From contig NIVC01001648.1 in assembly GCA_002269645.1 (NCBI GenBank), positions 32,544-96,543 on the forward strand: a stretch of DNA of 64,000 nucleotides, written 5' to 3'. A program made the translations under genes and the position numbers. This document shows, piece by piece, positions 36,604 to 49,187 of this stretch. The notes under the pieces were generated by a model. It was not told where the DNA came from. It did no database searches and saw nothing but the letters and a program-made list of their open reading frames with translations. This DNA comes from Macrostomum lignano. Taxonomy: Eukaryota. Numbering within the stretch: position 1 is the stretch's first letter; the number at the start of each line of letters is the position of its first letter.

Positions 36604-39190
36604 GTGAGAGTCAGCTGTTAGTCAGGTGAGAGTCAGAGCTGCTAGTCAGGTGAGAGTCAGAGCTGTCAGTCAGGTGAGAGTCAGAGCTGTTAGTCAGGTG
36701 AGAGTCAGAGCTGCTAGTCAGGTGAGAGTCAGAGCTGTCAGTCAGGTGAGAGTCAGAGCTGTTAGTCAGGTGAGAGTCAGAGCTGTTAGTCAGGTGAGAG
36801 TCAGAGCTGTCAGTCAGGTGAGAGTCAGAGCTGCTAGTCAGGTGAGAGTCAGAGCTGTCAGTCAGGTGAGAGTCAGAGCTTTCAGGTAAGAGTCAGAGCT
36901 ATTAGTCAGGTGAGAGTCAGAGCTGCTAGTCAGGTGAGAGTCAGAGCTTTCAGGTGAGAGTCAGAGCTGTTAGTCAGGTGAGAGTCAGAGCTGTCAGGTG
37001 AGAGTCAGAGCTGTTAGTCAGGTGAGAGTCAGAGCTGTCAGGTGAGAGTCAGAGCTGTTAGTCAGGTGAGAGTCAGAGCTGTCAGTCAGGTGAGAGTCAG
37101 AGCTGTTAGTCAGGTGAGAGTCAGAGCTGTCAGTCAGGTGAGAGTCAGAGCTTTCAGGTGAGAGTCAGAGCTTTCAGGTGAGAGTCAGAGCTGTTAGTCA
37201 GGTGAGAGTCAGAGCTTTCAGGTGAGAGTCAGAGCTGTTAGTCAGGTGAGAGTCAGAGCTGTCAGGTGAGAGTCAGAGCTGTTAGTCAGGTGAGAGTCAG
37301 AGCTGTCAGGTGAGAGTCAGAGCTGTTAGTCAGGTGAGAGTCAGAGCTGTCAGTCAGGTGAGAGTCAGAGCTGTTAGTCAGGTGAGAGTCAGAGCTGTCA
37401 GTCAGGTGAGAGTCAGAGCTTTCAGGTGAGAGTCAGAGCTGTCAGTCAGGTGAGAGTCAGAGCTTTCAGGTGAGAGTCAGAGCTGTTAGTCAGGTGAGAG
37501 TCAGAGCTGTCAGGTGAGAGTCAGAGCTGTTAGTCAGGTGAGAGTCAGAGCTGTCAGGTGAGAGTCAGAGCTGTTAGTCAGGTGAGAGTCAGAGCTGTCA
37601 GTCAGGTGAGAGTCAGAGCTGTTAGTCAGGTGAGAGTCAGAGCTGCTAGTCAGGTGAGAGTCAGAGCTTTCAGGTGAGAGTCAGAGCTTTCAGGTGAGAG
37701 TCAGAGCTGTTAGTCAGGTGAGAGTCAGAGCTGTCAGGTGAGAGTCAGAGCTGTTAGTCAGGTGAGAGTCAGAGCTGTCAGGTGAGAGTCAGAGCTGTTA
37801 GTCAGGTGAGAGTCAGAGCTGTCAGTCAGGTGAGAGTCAGAGCTGTCAGTCAGGTGAGAGTCAGAGCTGTCAGTCAGGTGAGAGTCAGAGCTGCTAGTCA
37901 GGTGAGAGTCAGAGCTGTCAGTCAGGTGAGAGTCAGAGCTGCTAGTCAGGTGAGAGTCAGAGCTGTCAGTCAGGTGAGAGTCAGAGCTTTCAGGTAAGAG
38001 TCAGAGCTATTAGTCAGGTGAGAGTCAGAGCTGCTAGTCAGGTGAGAGTCAGAGCTTTCAGGTGAGAGTCAGAGCTTTCAGGTGAGAGTCAGAGCTGTTA
38101 GTCAGGTGAGAGTCAGAGCTGTCAGGTGAGAGTCAGAGCTGTTAGTCAGGTGAGAGTCAGAGCTGTCAGGTGAGAGTCAGAGCTGTTAGTCAGGTGAGAG
38201 TCAGAGCTGTTAGTCAGGTGAGAGTCAGAGCTGCTAGTCAGGTGAGAGTCAGAGCTGTTAGTCAGGTGAGAGTCAGAGCTGTCAGGTGAGAGTCAGAGCC
38301 GTTAGTCAGGTGAGAGTCAGAGCTGCTAGTCAGAGCTGTTAGTCAGGTGAGAGTCAGAGCTGCTAGTCAGGTGAGAGTCAGAGCTGTTAGTCAGGTGAGA
38401 GTCAGAGCTGTCAGGTGAGAGTCAGAGCCGTTAGTCAGGTGAGAGTCAGAGCTGCTAGTCAGAGCTGTTAGTCAGGTGAGAGTCAGAGCTGCTAGTCAGG
38501 TGAGAGTCAGAGCTGCTAGTCAGAGCTGTTAGTCAGGTGAGAGTCAGAGCTGCTAGTCAGGTGAGAGTCAGAGCTGTTAGTCAGGTGAGAGTCAGAGCTT
38601 TCAGGTGAGAGTCAGAGCTGTTAGTCAGGTGAGAGTCAGAGCTGTCAGGTGAGAGTCAGAGCTGTTAGTCAGGTGAGAGTCAGAGCTGTCAGGTGAGAGT
38701 CAGAGCTGTTAGTCAGGTGAGAGTCAGAGCTGCTAGTCAGAGCTGTTAGTCAGGTGAGAGTCAGAGCTGCTAGTCAGGTGAGAGTCAGAGCTGCTAGTCA
38801 GAGCTGTTAGTCAGGTGAGAGTCAGAGCTGCTAGTCAGGTGAGAGTCAGAGCTGTCAGGTGAGAGTCAGAGCTGTTAGTCAGGTGAGAGTCAGAGCTGCT
38901 AGTCAGAGCTGTTAGTCAGGTGAGAGTCAGAGCTGCTAGTCAGAGCTGTTAGTCAGGTGAGAGTCAGAGCTGTTAGTCAGGTGAGAGTCAGAGCTGTTAG
39001 TCAGGTGAGAGTCAGAGCTGTTAGTCAGGTGAGAGTCAGAGCTGTTAGTCAGGTGAGAGTCAGAGCTGTTAGTCAGGTGAGAGTCAGAGCTGCTAGTCAG
39101 GTGAGAGTCAGAGCTGTTAGTCAGGTGAGAGTCAGAGCTGTTAGTCAGGTGAGAGTCAGAGCTGTCAGTCAGGTGAGAGTCAGAGCTGTT
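36604..39190 (+). repeat. 24/20-bp minisatellite GTCAGGTGAGAGTCAGAGCTGTTA
   Basis: About 110 units over 2.6 kb. Confidence 0.97.
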
Positions 39191-39684
39191 ACTCTGCTAA
39201 AGGATATAGTTATGGTGCCGCATCATTGAGGAATAGGGTTAATTAATTACTATACAAATAGTAAAGTGCATTAAAGTCCTTTAATGTCTTCTACACAATA
39301 TTGTGACACGCTGTCTAAAAATAGCATCGCAGTTGGCGCTTGGAACTGTGGTTAATCAATTTCAAATTCAAAGTCGTAAAATTGGTTTGATTGTCCAGTC
39401 AATTATTGATTTAAAGCGCATTAAAGCTGGGCAGTGCAGGTATTTATTACAGATATGTCTCAGTTGTAAAGTCAGACAATATTTTAATTAGCCCGTTAAT
39501 TTAAGTATTTTTAATTTGATATTCTTTCTTGTGACATTTTCCCGCTCATTCTATCTCGATTCAGATTGATTTAATTAAATGTTGATAAATTCAATATCTT
39601 AATCAATGTATAAAACTCAACATTCAATTTTTTAGTCACTAGTGACTCAATTCAGTCAGCATTTCATTCAGTGTCATAGTCAGC

Positions 39685-40545
39685 AGCTGGTCATAGTCGA
39701 TATCTGGTCATAGCAAATATCTGGCCATAGCCAGTATCTGGTCATAGCAGTATCTAGTCATAGACAGTATCTGGTCATGGTCAGTATCTAGTCATAGACA
39801 GTATCTGGTCATGGTCAGTATCTAGTCATAGACAGTATCTGGTCATAGACAGTATCTAGTCATAGACAGTATCTGGTCATGGTCAGTATCTAGTCATAGA
39901 CAGTATCTGGTCATAGACAGTATCTAGTCATAGACAGTATCTGGTCATGGTCAGTATCTGGTCATGGTCAGTATCTGGTCATGGTCAGTATCTAGTCATA
40001 GACAGTATCTGGTCATGGTCAGTATCTAGTCATAGACAGTATCTGGTCATGGTCAGTATCTAGTCATAGACAGTATCTGGTCATGGTCAGTATCTAGTCA
40101 TAGACAGTATCTGGTCATGGTCAGTATCTAGTCATAGACAGTATCTGGTTATCGTCAGTATCTAGTCATAGACAGTATCTGGTCATGGTCAGTATCTAGT
40201 CATAGACAGTATCTGGTTATGGTCAGTATCTAGTCATAGACAGTATCTGGTCATGGTCAGCATCTAGTCATAGACAGTATCTGGTCATGGTCATTATCTA
40301 GTCATAGACAGATCTGGTCATGGTCAGTATCTAGTCATAGACAGTATCTGGTCATGGTCAGTATCTAGTCATAGACAGTATCTGGTTATGGTCAGTATCT
40401 AGTCATAGACAGTATCTGGTCATGGTCAGTATCTAGTCATAGACAGTATCTGGTCATGGTCAGTATCTAGTCATAGACAGTATCTGGTTATGGTCAGTAT
40501 CTCGTTATAGTCGGTATCTGGATATAGGTAATATCTGGTCATAGG
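39685..40545 (+). repeat. 17-bp dimeric (34-bp) repeat CAGTATCTGGTCATGGT / CAGTATCTAGTCATAGA
   Basis: Direct inspection. Confidence 0.93.
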
Positions 40546-40999
40546 CAGTCCGACAGAAACGAATTCCGGTCATAATGGCCATTCAGTGCTCAGTGTCAAG
40601 CACAGTTCAAGGTCATTAGTTTGCTGTTACTCGTATCGACTCTCGTCTCCGCTCTCGCGCTCTCTCACTTCGATCTTCATCAAAAAGCCCCGGAGGCTGA
40701 TGGTATAGAAGTTGGGGAGAGATAGTGCCTGCCCAGAAAAAGCAAGACCCATTTTTTAGATATTCTGCATCATTCTCTCCCTTCGAGCTCTCGTTCCTTT
40801 GCTGGTCCCCTTTTCGTCGCAGAACTCGGACTCCCCAGTCCTGCGGTCCTCGCGAGTCCCTGCGGCTTTGGGGCAGCGCAGCGTCTCCTGCCTCCGGCGC
40901 AGAGCGGAACAAGATGGAGAGAGCGCTTCTGGGCTTAGGAGCTTAGGGGAATTGCAGATCACATGGGTCGGAGGAGAGATGAGAACGGCGTAGGGAGGG

Positions 41000-42058
41000 G
41001 CAGACAGACACTGAGACAGGCACTGAGACAGGCACTGAGACAGGCACTGAGACAGACACTGAGACAGGCACTGAGACAGGCACTGAGACAGGCACTGAGA
41101 CAGGCACTGAGACAGGCACTGAGACAGGCACTGAGACAGGCACTGAGACAGGCACTGAGACAGACACTGAGACAGGCACTGAGACAGGCACTGAGACAGG
41201 CACTGAGACAGGCACTGAGACAGGCACTGAGACAGGCACTGAGGCAGGCACTGAGACAGGCACTGAGACAGGCACTGAGACAGGCACTGAGGCAGGTCGG
41301 AGGAGAGATGAGAACGGCGTAGGGAGGGGCAGACAGACACTGAGACAGGCACTGAGACAGGCACTGAGACAGGCACTGAGACAGACACTGAGACAGGCAC
41401 TGAGACAGGCACTGAGACAGGCACTGAGACAGGCACTGAGACAGGCACTGAGACAGGCACTGAGACAGGCACTGAGACAGGCACTGAGACAGGCACTGAG
41501 ACAGGCACTGAGGCAGGCACTGAGACAGGCACTGAGACAGGCACTGAGACAGGCACTGAGGCAGGCACTGAGACAGGCACTGAGACAGGCACTGAGACAG
41601 GCACTGAGACAGGCACTGGGACAGGCACTGAGACAGGCACTGGGACAGGCACTGAGACAGGCACTGAGGCAGGCACTGAGACAGACACTGAGACAGGCAC
41701 TGAGACAGGCACTGGGACAGGCACTGAGACAGGCACTGAGACAGGCACTGAGACAGGCACTGAGACAGGCACTGAGACAGGCACTGAGACAGGCACTGAG
41801 ACAGGCACTGAGACAGGCACTGAGACAGGCACTGAGACAGGCACTGAGACAGGCACTGAGACAGGCACTGAGACAGGCACTGAGACAGGCACTGAGACAG
41901 GCACTGAGACAGGCACTGAGACAGGCACTGAGACAAGCACTGAGACAGGCACTGAGACAGGCACTGAGGCAGGCACTGAGACAGGCACTGAGACAGGCAC
42001 TGAGACAGGCACTGAGACAGGCACTGGGACAGGCACTGAGACAGGCACTAAGACAGGC
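41000..42058 (+). repeat. 12-bp minisatellite ACTGAGACAGGC
   Basis: Interrupted by a duplicated unique anchor at 41295. Confidence 0.95.
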
Positions 42059-42649
42059 AAAAGACAGGTGCTAAGGCAGAATAACTGACAGACAGCAAAA
42101 CTGCGATGACAGGATGAGAAAGTTTTTAACGCTGCTGCACTCTGAGCGAGGCTGCTCTGTGACCCCTCAGGTTTTCTCATCCCAGCCCTCGCTGGCCTTG
42201 GCAGCGGGCCAAGAAAACATTTCTACGCACTTTATCCGCACAGCGCTACAGCTGAATGCGCCCCGGGAGGGTGGGAAAAATGAGCGCGGGGAAGATCCGC
42301 ATGGGAAGCCGAGAGCCTCTTCCCAGTTGCCCACTCGCCCCTCGGGCTTGCGCTGGTAGCTGGTTACAGAGCTGCGTGGGAAATCCGCCGGAATGAGGAT
42401 GAGGCTGCCCCTCAGTCTCGCTGCCCCCACCGCTTGCATTGCCTGACCCCCATGGCTATCCGTCCGCTTGGTTTTATTTCAGTTTAACACTGAAGTTTAG
42501 CTGTTGAAATAATGTACTTATATTGTCAGCAGTGTCACTCAGATGCAGTTTATTTGGCGCATTGGCCATCCGTTAATTATGTTCACTGTCTAATTATTTT
42601 TATCAGGATTAAATTCTGTCCCATTAATCTTCGAGGCTGAGTTTCATAG

Positions 42650-42925
42650 AAGCTCCACCAGATATCCTGACGCTTCTGAAGTCCCCCTGAAAACCATGGC
42701 GTCCTCGAATGACGCGGAAGTCCCCTGAAGACCCTTGATGACACCTGAAGCTTTTCAAAGTCCTTCTGAAGACCCTTGATGACACCCGAAGCTTCTCAAA
42801 GTCCTCTGAAGACCCCTGATGACACCTGAAGCTTTTCAAAGTCCTCTGAAGACCCTTGATGACACCTGAAGCTTTTCAAAGTCCTCTGAAGACCCTTGAT
42901 GACACCTGAAGCTTCACAATGTCCG
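42650..42925 (+). repeat. 40-bp minisatellite GAAGACCCTTGATGACACCTGAAGCTTTTCAAAGTCCTCT
   Basis: About 5-6 units. Confidence 0.9.
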
Positions 42926-43076
42926 CTGAAAGCCTCTAGAGACCCATGAAGTTTTGGCTCTCATACAGAATTTGCATTTCTCCCGTTTCCTACTCGCTAT
43001 CACGAGACCGCCTGCGGCTTTTTCTTCTGCTGCTGCTGCTGCAACCTGATCCGACTGTCCCTACCGACCATTCCAG

Positions 43077-43179
43077 CTGGTTTCTGGGTCAACTGTCGCG
43101 CAAGGAGGCGGAACGGCAGCTTCTGATGCTGGGCAACCCGCGGGCACCTTTCTGGTGCGCGAGTCCGAGACCCATCGAG
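43077..43179 (+). CDS. Src: Src-family kinase exon 3 (SH2 N-half) with apparent 1-nt deletion
   Basis: ttccag|S-WFLGQLSRKEAERQLLMLGNPR[G]TFLVRESETHR|gtgagc. The exon is 103 nt but its flanking phases require 104; one more G in the run at 43142-43144 restores GTFLVRES. Confidence 0.88.
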
Positions 43180-43204
43180 GTGAGCCGGCGGCGGATTCGA
43201 ATAT

Positions 43205-43375
43205 TATTTTAGGGCGCAAAGTTAGCTTTGTTTAGGGCGGCAAATTTATTTTATTAAGGGTAACGAATTGACTTGATTTAGGGCACCAAATTAGCCAGAT
43301 TTAGGGCCCAACTTGACTTCATTTAGGGCGCCAAATTGACTTGATTTAGGGCTCCAATAAGAACTGATTTAAGGC
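43205..43375 (+). repeat. Degenerate ~22-bp repeat ATTTAGGGCGCCAAATTGACTTG
   Basis: Starts just after the exon 3 donor. Confidence 0.75.
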
Positions 43376-44044
43376 CCTAAAAAGCCTTTTGAGACGCTTA
43401 AATCCGAGGCAAAATGGCGCAACTCGGGCTGTCAATAACGCTTTTGTCATTTCCCTTACCGGACAACTGGAACCCCCCTGCCAGCTCCGATCTGAGCAAA
43501 CAGTTGCCTGGCTTTCTTAGCAATGGAATCCGCAACATCTGTGCCACAAAGAAAGCAAATCGGTCCGCCACTCATGCCTACTGAGGCGGTAGGGGGGGTT
43601 GGAGCCCCTGCTTAACCTCTGCAGATCTCTTTTCTGGCACAATGGATTGACAGAATTAGCGTTACGGAATTCAAGCGTTGAAAGATTTTGCTTACTAAAG
43701 ATTTGCGATTTTCACGGCAGGGAATTTGCTCACTTTCTGACCCACTGGCTGTTCAGATGACTAGGGTGGAGGGGGCGTCCTCGCGTGACCTTTTGCACCG
43801 CGTAGCGCTGAGATGAAGTGAAGCTTATCACTTTCTATTGATCTCACCGCCGACTGAACCCGCAGAGTTTTATAAATCCTAGTGGATGTCAGTTTTATGG
43901 CCCAATAATTCTCCAGCTTAGGGCTTTGCAGAGCTGCTGGTGCCCAGTGCTGCAAAATGAATTCCACTGGTACCGCCATGACATCCGCCTTAGCCTGCTT
44001 TCGTGAGCCCTTTCTGTCACGATTTCTGCGCCTATTTCTATCCC

Positions 44045-44490
44045 TCAGGTCTATTTCTTTCTCTCTCTGGTCTATTTCTATCTCTCTCAGATCTATTTCT
44101 ATCTCTCTCAGATCTATTTCTATCTCTCAGGTCTATTTCTATCTCTCTCAGGTCTATTTCTATCTCTCAGGTCTATTTCTATCTCTCAGGTCTATTTATA
44201 TCTCTCTCAGGTCTATTTCTATCTCTCTCTGTTCTATTTCTATCTCTCTCAGGTCTATTTCTATCTCTCTCAGATCTATTTCTATCTCTCTCAGATCTAT
44301 TTCTATCTCTCTCAGATCTATTTCTATCTCTCAGGTCTATTTCTATCTCTCAGGTCTATTTCTATCTCTCAGGTCTATTTCTTTCTGTCTCAGGTCTATT
44401 TCTATCTCTCTCAGATCTATTTCTATCTCTCAGGTCTATGTCTATCTCTCTCTGTTCTATTTCTATCTTTCAGGTCTATTTCTCTCTCTC
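44045..44490 (+). repeat. 19-21-bp pyrimidine repeat TCTATTTCTATCTCTCTCAG(G/A)
   Basis: Direct inspection. Confidence 0.93.
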
Positions 44491-44934
44491 AATTCCCGTG
44501 ACCTAATTATCTCCCAATTAACTTTTAAGCGCTACAAGTCGGTCTATGCTGCTCCTGGAAGCAACAACTGGCCTGGATAAAAGAAAACGCATTGCTGCCC
44601 TGCCCCTGCTACTCAGCCCGGACAGTGTAGTGGCTGGCCTGTAGTCTGACAGCGGGCCAAATAATTCTTTTCGGACAGGGCGGAGGAGGGCTGAAGCCCC
44701 GCGTTCTGGCAGACAACTGCAAACACTTGTTCAGCTCGAATCTTCCAGCCTGAATTCTCAGCTTGTTGCGGCAGCAACCCCGGCCGCTCTGCTGTTGCAA
44801 AGCTTAAACACCGGCTGAAATTATCGATTGCCCTTGCGTTTTCTGTAGGGTTGGCGGGGCTGCGGCTGTCTCTGTCACGCTTTCTGTTTCTTTTGTACTT
44901 CTGAGTTCATTCGTTTTGACAGAGTTCTCCAGCT

Positions 44935-45605
44935 GGACTGACTCTCCCCCTGACTGACTCTCCCCCTGACTGACTCTCCCCCTGACTGACTGACTCTCCC
45001 CCTGACTGACTCTCCCCTTGACTGACTCTCCCCCTGACTGACTCTCCCCCTGACTGACTCTCCCCTGACTGACTCTCCCCCTGACTGACTCTCCCCCTTA
45101 CTGACTCTCCCCTTGACTGACTCTCCCCCCTGACTGACTCTCCCCCCTGACTGACTCTCCTAGACTCAGACTCACACCTAGACTCAGACTCAGACTCACA
45201 CCTAGACTCAGACTCAGACTCACACCTAGACTCAGACTCAGACTCACACCTAGACTCAGACTCAGACTCACACCTAGACTCAGACTCAGACTCAGACTCA
45301 GACTCACACCTAGACTCACATCCAGACCCAGACTCAGACCCAGACCCAGACCCAGACCCAGACCCAGACTCAGACTCAGACTCAGACCCAGGCTCAGACC
45401 CACATCCAGACCCAAACTCAGACCCAGACTCAGACCCAGACTCAGACCCAGACCCAGACCCAGACTCAGACTCAGACTCAGACCCAGACTCAGACCCACA
45501 TCCAGACCCAAACTCAGACTCAGACTCAGACCCAGACTCAGACCCACATCCAGACCCAAACTCAGACCCAGACTCAGACCCAGACTCAGACCCAGACCCA
45601 GACCG
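44935..45605 (+). repeat. Compound repeat (ACTGACTCTCCCCCTG; CAGACT/CAGACC hexamers)
   Basis: Direct inspection. Confidence 0.9.
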
Positions 45606-46249
45606 TTCTGCTAGGCGTATATATCCCAGCGAACCGCACAGCACAGCAGACTAGATTACAGTGCGGTGCAGCGGTCCGAGGCTAAGGGTTGCAGACATTC
45701 AGTCGAACTCCTGCCTTCCAGAGTGTCTGTCTACGTCACAGCGGAATTATAATAACTCTCCGCCACCAGTCATAAATCATTTTTCTCTCCAATTCCGCGG
45801 CCCGGAGCGATCGCGCACAGTGGAGTGGTGGCGAGGCGGAGGGTGGGACAGGCGGAGAGAGCAAGTGGAGCTCAGCAGCAGTGAATGCGTGGGTGTCATT
45901 TTTGCTTGCCTGCCTGTCTACCCTTTTCAAGGAGCCTGCAATAAGTGGACATTGCGCGCAACAAAAAAGCCAGACTTTAAAGCTCATTCGTTGAATTGCG
46001 AAACAAGCGTTCGACGGATTTGATTTATTTTTCAGAACAGCCTAAAAAATCTGGCAATTTGCCAAGTGTCTGCTTCAGTAGCATAGTTTAAAAGTGCAAT
46101 TTTATAAACACACAACACTGAAGCGGCAGTGGCTGTCATAAATTTTGCAGGAAGAACTTGCACCGTGACTGACAGACGGGGGCGCGGTTGAGTAAACGCT
46201 GAGCTAAGGGATTTGTTTAGAAGGATTTATTGCGAACTCCTGTAGATTA

Positions 46250-46935
46250 AGAGGAGAGGGGAGCGGAGGGGAGGGGAGGGGAGGAGAGGAGTGGAGAGGA
46301 GAGGAGAGGAGAGGAGAGGAGAGGAGAGGAGAGGAAAGGAGAGGAGAGGAGAGAAGAGGAGAGGAGAGGAGAGGAGAGGAGAGGAGAGGAGAGGAGAGGA
46401 GAGGAGAGAAGAGGAGAGGAGAGGAGAGAAGAGAAGAGGAGAGGAGAGGAGAGGAGAGGAGAGGAGAGGAGAGGAGAGGAGAGGAGAGGAGAGGAGAGGA
46501 GAGGAGAGGAGAGGAGAGGAGAGGAATGGAGAGGAGAGGAGAGAAGAGGAGAGGAGAGGAGAGAAGAGGAGAGGAGAGGAGAGGAGAGGAGAGGAGAGGA
46601 GAGGAGAGGAGAGGAGAGGAGAGGAGAGAAGAGAAGAGGAGAGGAGAGGAGAGGAGAGGATAGGAGAGGAGAGGATAGGAGAGGAGAGGAGAGGAGAGGA
46701 GAGGAGAGGAGAGGAGAGGAGAGAAGAGAAGAGGAGAGGAGAGGAGAGGAGAGGAGAGGAGAGGAGAGGAGAGGAGAGGAGAGGAGAGGAGAGGAGAGGA
46801 GAGGAGAGGAGAGAAGAGAAGAGAAGAGGAGAGGAGAGGAGAGGAGAGGAGAGGAGAGGAGAGGAGAGGAGAGGAGAGGAGAGGGGAGGACAGGGGAGGA
46901 GAGGAGAGGAGAGGACAGGGGAGGAGAGCAAAGAG
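46250..46935 (+). repeat. (AGGAG)n pentanucleotide repeat
   Basis: Direct inspection. Confidence 0.97.
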
Positions 46936-47349
46936 GGGAGCGCATCTTAAATTATAAAATGTAGGCGAGGCCCGGCCGCCAACTTCAAAGGCCGGTGCGG
47001 GCGGCGAGCCGGTTGCGGCAAAGAATATTATTGAATAATTTACAGGCGATTTAGCTTTCAATCCCTCCCCTTGCCCTCCGACTTCGCCTGTCTGGCCGCG
47101 TTCCAGCTTTCGGGGATTTCCGAGGCTGTAAATGGGTTTTATGACGCCCGTCGGACACTCTCTGGCCTCGGGGCGGTTGCGCACCAAACTGTTTTGACAG
47201 GCGTCTGCGCGTTTTATAGTGTTACCTGTACTAAAAAGTCTCGTAATTTGGGCTGCGACTCAATCACACCTTTTGGATGCCTAAGTTTGCCAGTTTTATG
47301 ACGTAAATTGGTGGATTGCATCTCGTACTTTTGCTCTAGCCGTCTGGTT

Positions 47350-47865
47350 GAAACAACACAGCCAGGCTGTTAGACAGCAATGACCCCATTGTTCTGTTGC
47401 ATAACACAGCCAGGCTGTTAGACAGCAATGGCCCCATTGTTCGGTTGCATAACACAGCCAGGCTGTTAGACAGCAATGGCCCCATTGTTCTGTTGCATAA
47501 CACAGCCAGCTGTTAGACAGCAATGGCCCCATTGTTCGGTTGCATAACACAGCCAGGCTGTTAGACAGCAATGGCCCCATTGTTCTGTTGCATAACACAG
47601 CCAGCTGTTAGACAGCAATGGCCCCATTGTTCGGTTGCATAACACAGCCAGGCTGTTAGACAGCAATGGCCCCATTGTTCTGCTGCATAACACAGCCAGG
47701 CTGTTAGACAGCAATGGCCCCATTGTTCGGTTGCATAACACAGCCAGGCTGTTAGACAGCAATGGCCCCATTATTCTGTTGCATAACACAGCCAGGCTGT
47801 TAGACAGCAATGGCCCCATTATTCTGTTGCATAACACAGCCAGGCTGTTAGACAGCAATGGCCTT
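47350..47865 (+). repeat. 47-48-bp double-hairpin minisatellite
   Basis: GTTGCATAACACAGCCAGGCTGTTAGACAGCAATGGCCCCATTGTTCT, about 11 units. Confidence 0.93.
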
Positions 47866-48424
47866 ACCCTAGTGCATCAGACAGTGAGCAGTTGTCCCCA
47901 ACATGCCAGTTTCTCAAGCGGCAGAGAATAAAAGTTCGACCGCTGAGTAGCAGGCGAGTTGATGGGCAACTTGGAAGCAGGAAGCGGCTCTGTCCCGAAG
48001 TAACTGTTGTGACCCATATCCCCCGGGGGGGGGGGGGCAGTATGGGATTTCAGCTCCGACAGCCGGCTGGGAATGATTGAGTTGAGAAATCCTCGACAAT
48101 TTCGGTGACCGATCGCTGTGGAGTTGGAATTTTTTTCACTCGCAGGAAGGGCCTGGGGCGGCCTGCCACTCCTGGACTGGAGGGCGGTCCATTGTGAGAT
48201 CTGATTGAATGTCAGCAGAGGAAGTTCAGGTCACTCCACATTTTCATGGCTACGTTGCCCCAAAAGCAGACAGGCAACGCCTTCTGCTTCAATTCTTGGC
48301 ACAGCTCCGCTACTCATGCTTGCTTGAACCGGGGTGTTTAGCTTATTCAGTTAAAACTTGCACTGCGTACTACTGTTCACTGCAGAAGTAGTATCTCTCT
48401 CAACTCAGAGAGACCCCCCAGACC

Positions 48425-49127
48425 CCTTCCAAACACTTCCAGTCACTCTCCCAGTCACTCTCCCAGTCACTCTCCCAGTCACTCTCCCAGTCAATCTCCC
48501 AGTCACTCTCCCAGTCACTCTCCCAGTCACTCTCCCAGTAACTCTCCCAGTCACTCTCCCAGTAACTCTCCCAGTCACTCTCCCAGTCACTCTTCCAGTC
48601 ACTCTCCCAGTCACTCTCCCAGTCACTCTCCCAGTCACTCTCCCAGTCACTCTCCCAGTAACTCTCATAGTCACTCTCCCAGTCAATCTCCCAGTCACTC
48701 TCCCAGTAACTCTCCCAGTCACTCTCCCAGTCACTCTTCCAGTCACTCTCCCAGTCACTCTCCCAGTCACTCTCCCAGTAACTCTCCCAGTCACTCTCCC
48801 AGTCAATCTCCCAGTCACTCTCCCAGTCACTCTCCCAGTAACTCTCCCAGTCAATCTCCCAGTCACTCTCCCAGTCACTCTCCCAGTCACTCTCCCAGTC
48901 ACTCTCCCAGTCACTCTTCCAGTCACTCTCCCAGTCACTCTCCCAGTCACTCTCCCAGTCACTCTTCCAGTCACTCTCCCAGTCACTCTCCCAGTCACTC
49001 TCCCAGTCACTCTCCCAGTCACTCTCCCAGTCACTCTCCCAGTCACTCTCCCAGTCACTCTCCCAGTCACTCTCCCAGTCACTCTCCCAGTCACTCTCCC
49101 AGTCACTCTCTTAGTAACTCTCCCAGA
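48425..49127 (+). repeat. 12-bp minisatellite CAGTCACTCTCC
   Basis: About 58 units ending 60 nt before the exon 4 acceptor. Confidence 0.96.
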
Positions 49128-49187
49128 CTGTCGCAGCCATTCCTCAGCCACTTTACTAAACCACTGCCACCACCGTGTCACCCGCAG

